Positions 63,578-64,000 of a stretch of DNA of 64,000 nucleotides are shown here, piece after piece. How positions within the stretch are numbered: position 1 is the stretch's first letter; each line of letters begins with the position of its first letter. Under the pieces are notes generated by a model. The model searched no databases and was not told the DNA's origin. It saw only the letters and a list, made by a program, of their open reading frames with translations. The stretch is from Pristiophorus japonicus. Lineage: Eukaryota. The position numbers and the translations under genes are program-made. The stretch is taken from NCBI RefSeq assembly GCF_044704955.1, contig NC_091990.1, forward strand, positions 156,674,001 to 156,738,000. The letters are read 5' to 3'.

Positions 63578-64000
63578 GGGCTGAGCATGACTTGGTGCGA
63601 GTTAGGGTACGGGCAGCAGAGTTTTGGATGAGCTAAATTTTAGGGAGAGTGAAACAAAAGCATGAATGAGGGTTTTAGCAGCAGATGAGAGGCAGGGGTA
63701 GGTGATATTATGGAGGTGGAAGTAGGCAGTATTGGTGATGGAGAGGATATGGGATCGGAAGCTCAGCTTAGGATCATACAGGATGCCAACATTGCAAACA
63801 GTTTGGTCCAGCCTCAACAGCCAACAGCTTGGTCTTTGAGAAGACAGCAGGTATGGATGGAGACCTGCTCGTAGACAGCCTCACTCAGCCCACAGGGTCT
63901 GTAAGCCAAGAGTCAATATTCTAAATATATCTGAAGAGCAGTGCATGAGGAAGCTGCATTTCTCCAGGCAGGCTGATTTAAAAAGCCTGCGACAGCAGGG

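Larger units (their letters stand above)
58385..63815 (-). mobile_element. L2 fragment split (58385-58480 and ~63150-63815) by nested CR1 insertions
   Basis: L2 3' end at 58385-58480; TAYFHLHNI...KTLIHAFV at 63602-63817. Confidence 0.7.

Overview
Repeat-rich eukaryotic genomic DNA, most likely from a cartilaginous fish (shark). This is inferred from the shark-type MHC class I tail and the CR1/L2/Deu-SINE/Penelope repeat set. The only host gene I can reconstruct is TM7SF3 on the minus strand: nine phase-compatible GT-AG coding exons from 56072 down to the stop at 17799, with the 5' exons outside the window. The rest is nested mobile DNA: many CR1 and L2 LINEs, an RTE LINE, a Penelope element, a decayed two-gene Harbinger transposon, and many Harbinger-, hAT- and Tigger-type MITEs. 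Three observations stand out. (1) A 1.43-kb element with perfect 16-bp TIRs (614-2044) carries an intron-less, still-open MHC class I alpha3-TM-cytoplasmic fragment, i.e. a Pack-TIR-like capture of an adaptive-immunity transcript. (2) A degraded LTR element (29768-41982, 4-bp TSD) has a retrovirus-type pol with tether plus a second RNase H and a coiled-coil ORF before gag, resembling lokiretroviruses/Odin, but with no recognisable env. (3) An internally deleted CR1 copy (~55130-55841) shows pervasive sense-strand A-to-G change with an ADAR-like neighbour bias. No database searches were run; family names come from motif recognition, and repeat boundaries are approximate unless a TIR or TSD is quoted.
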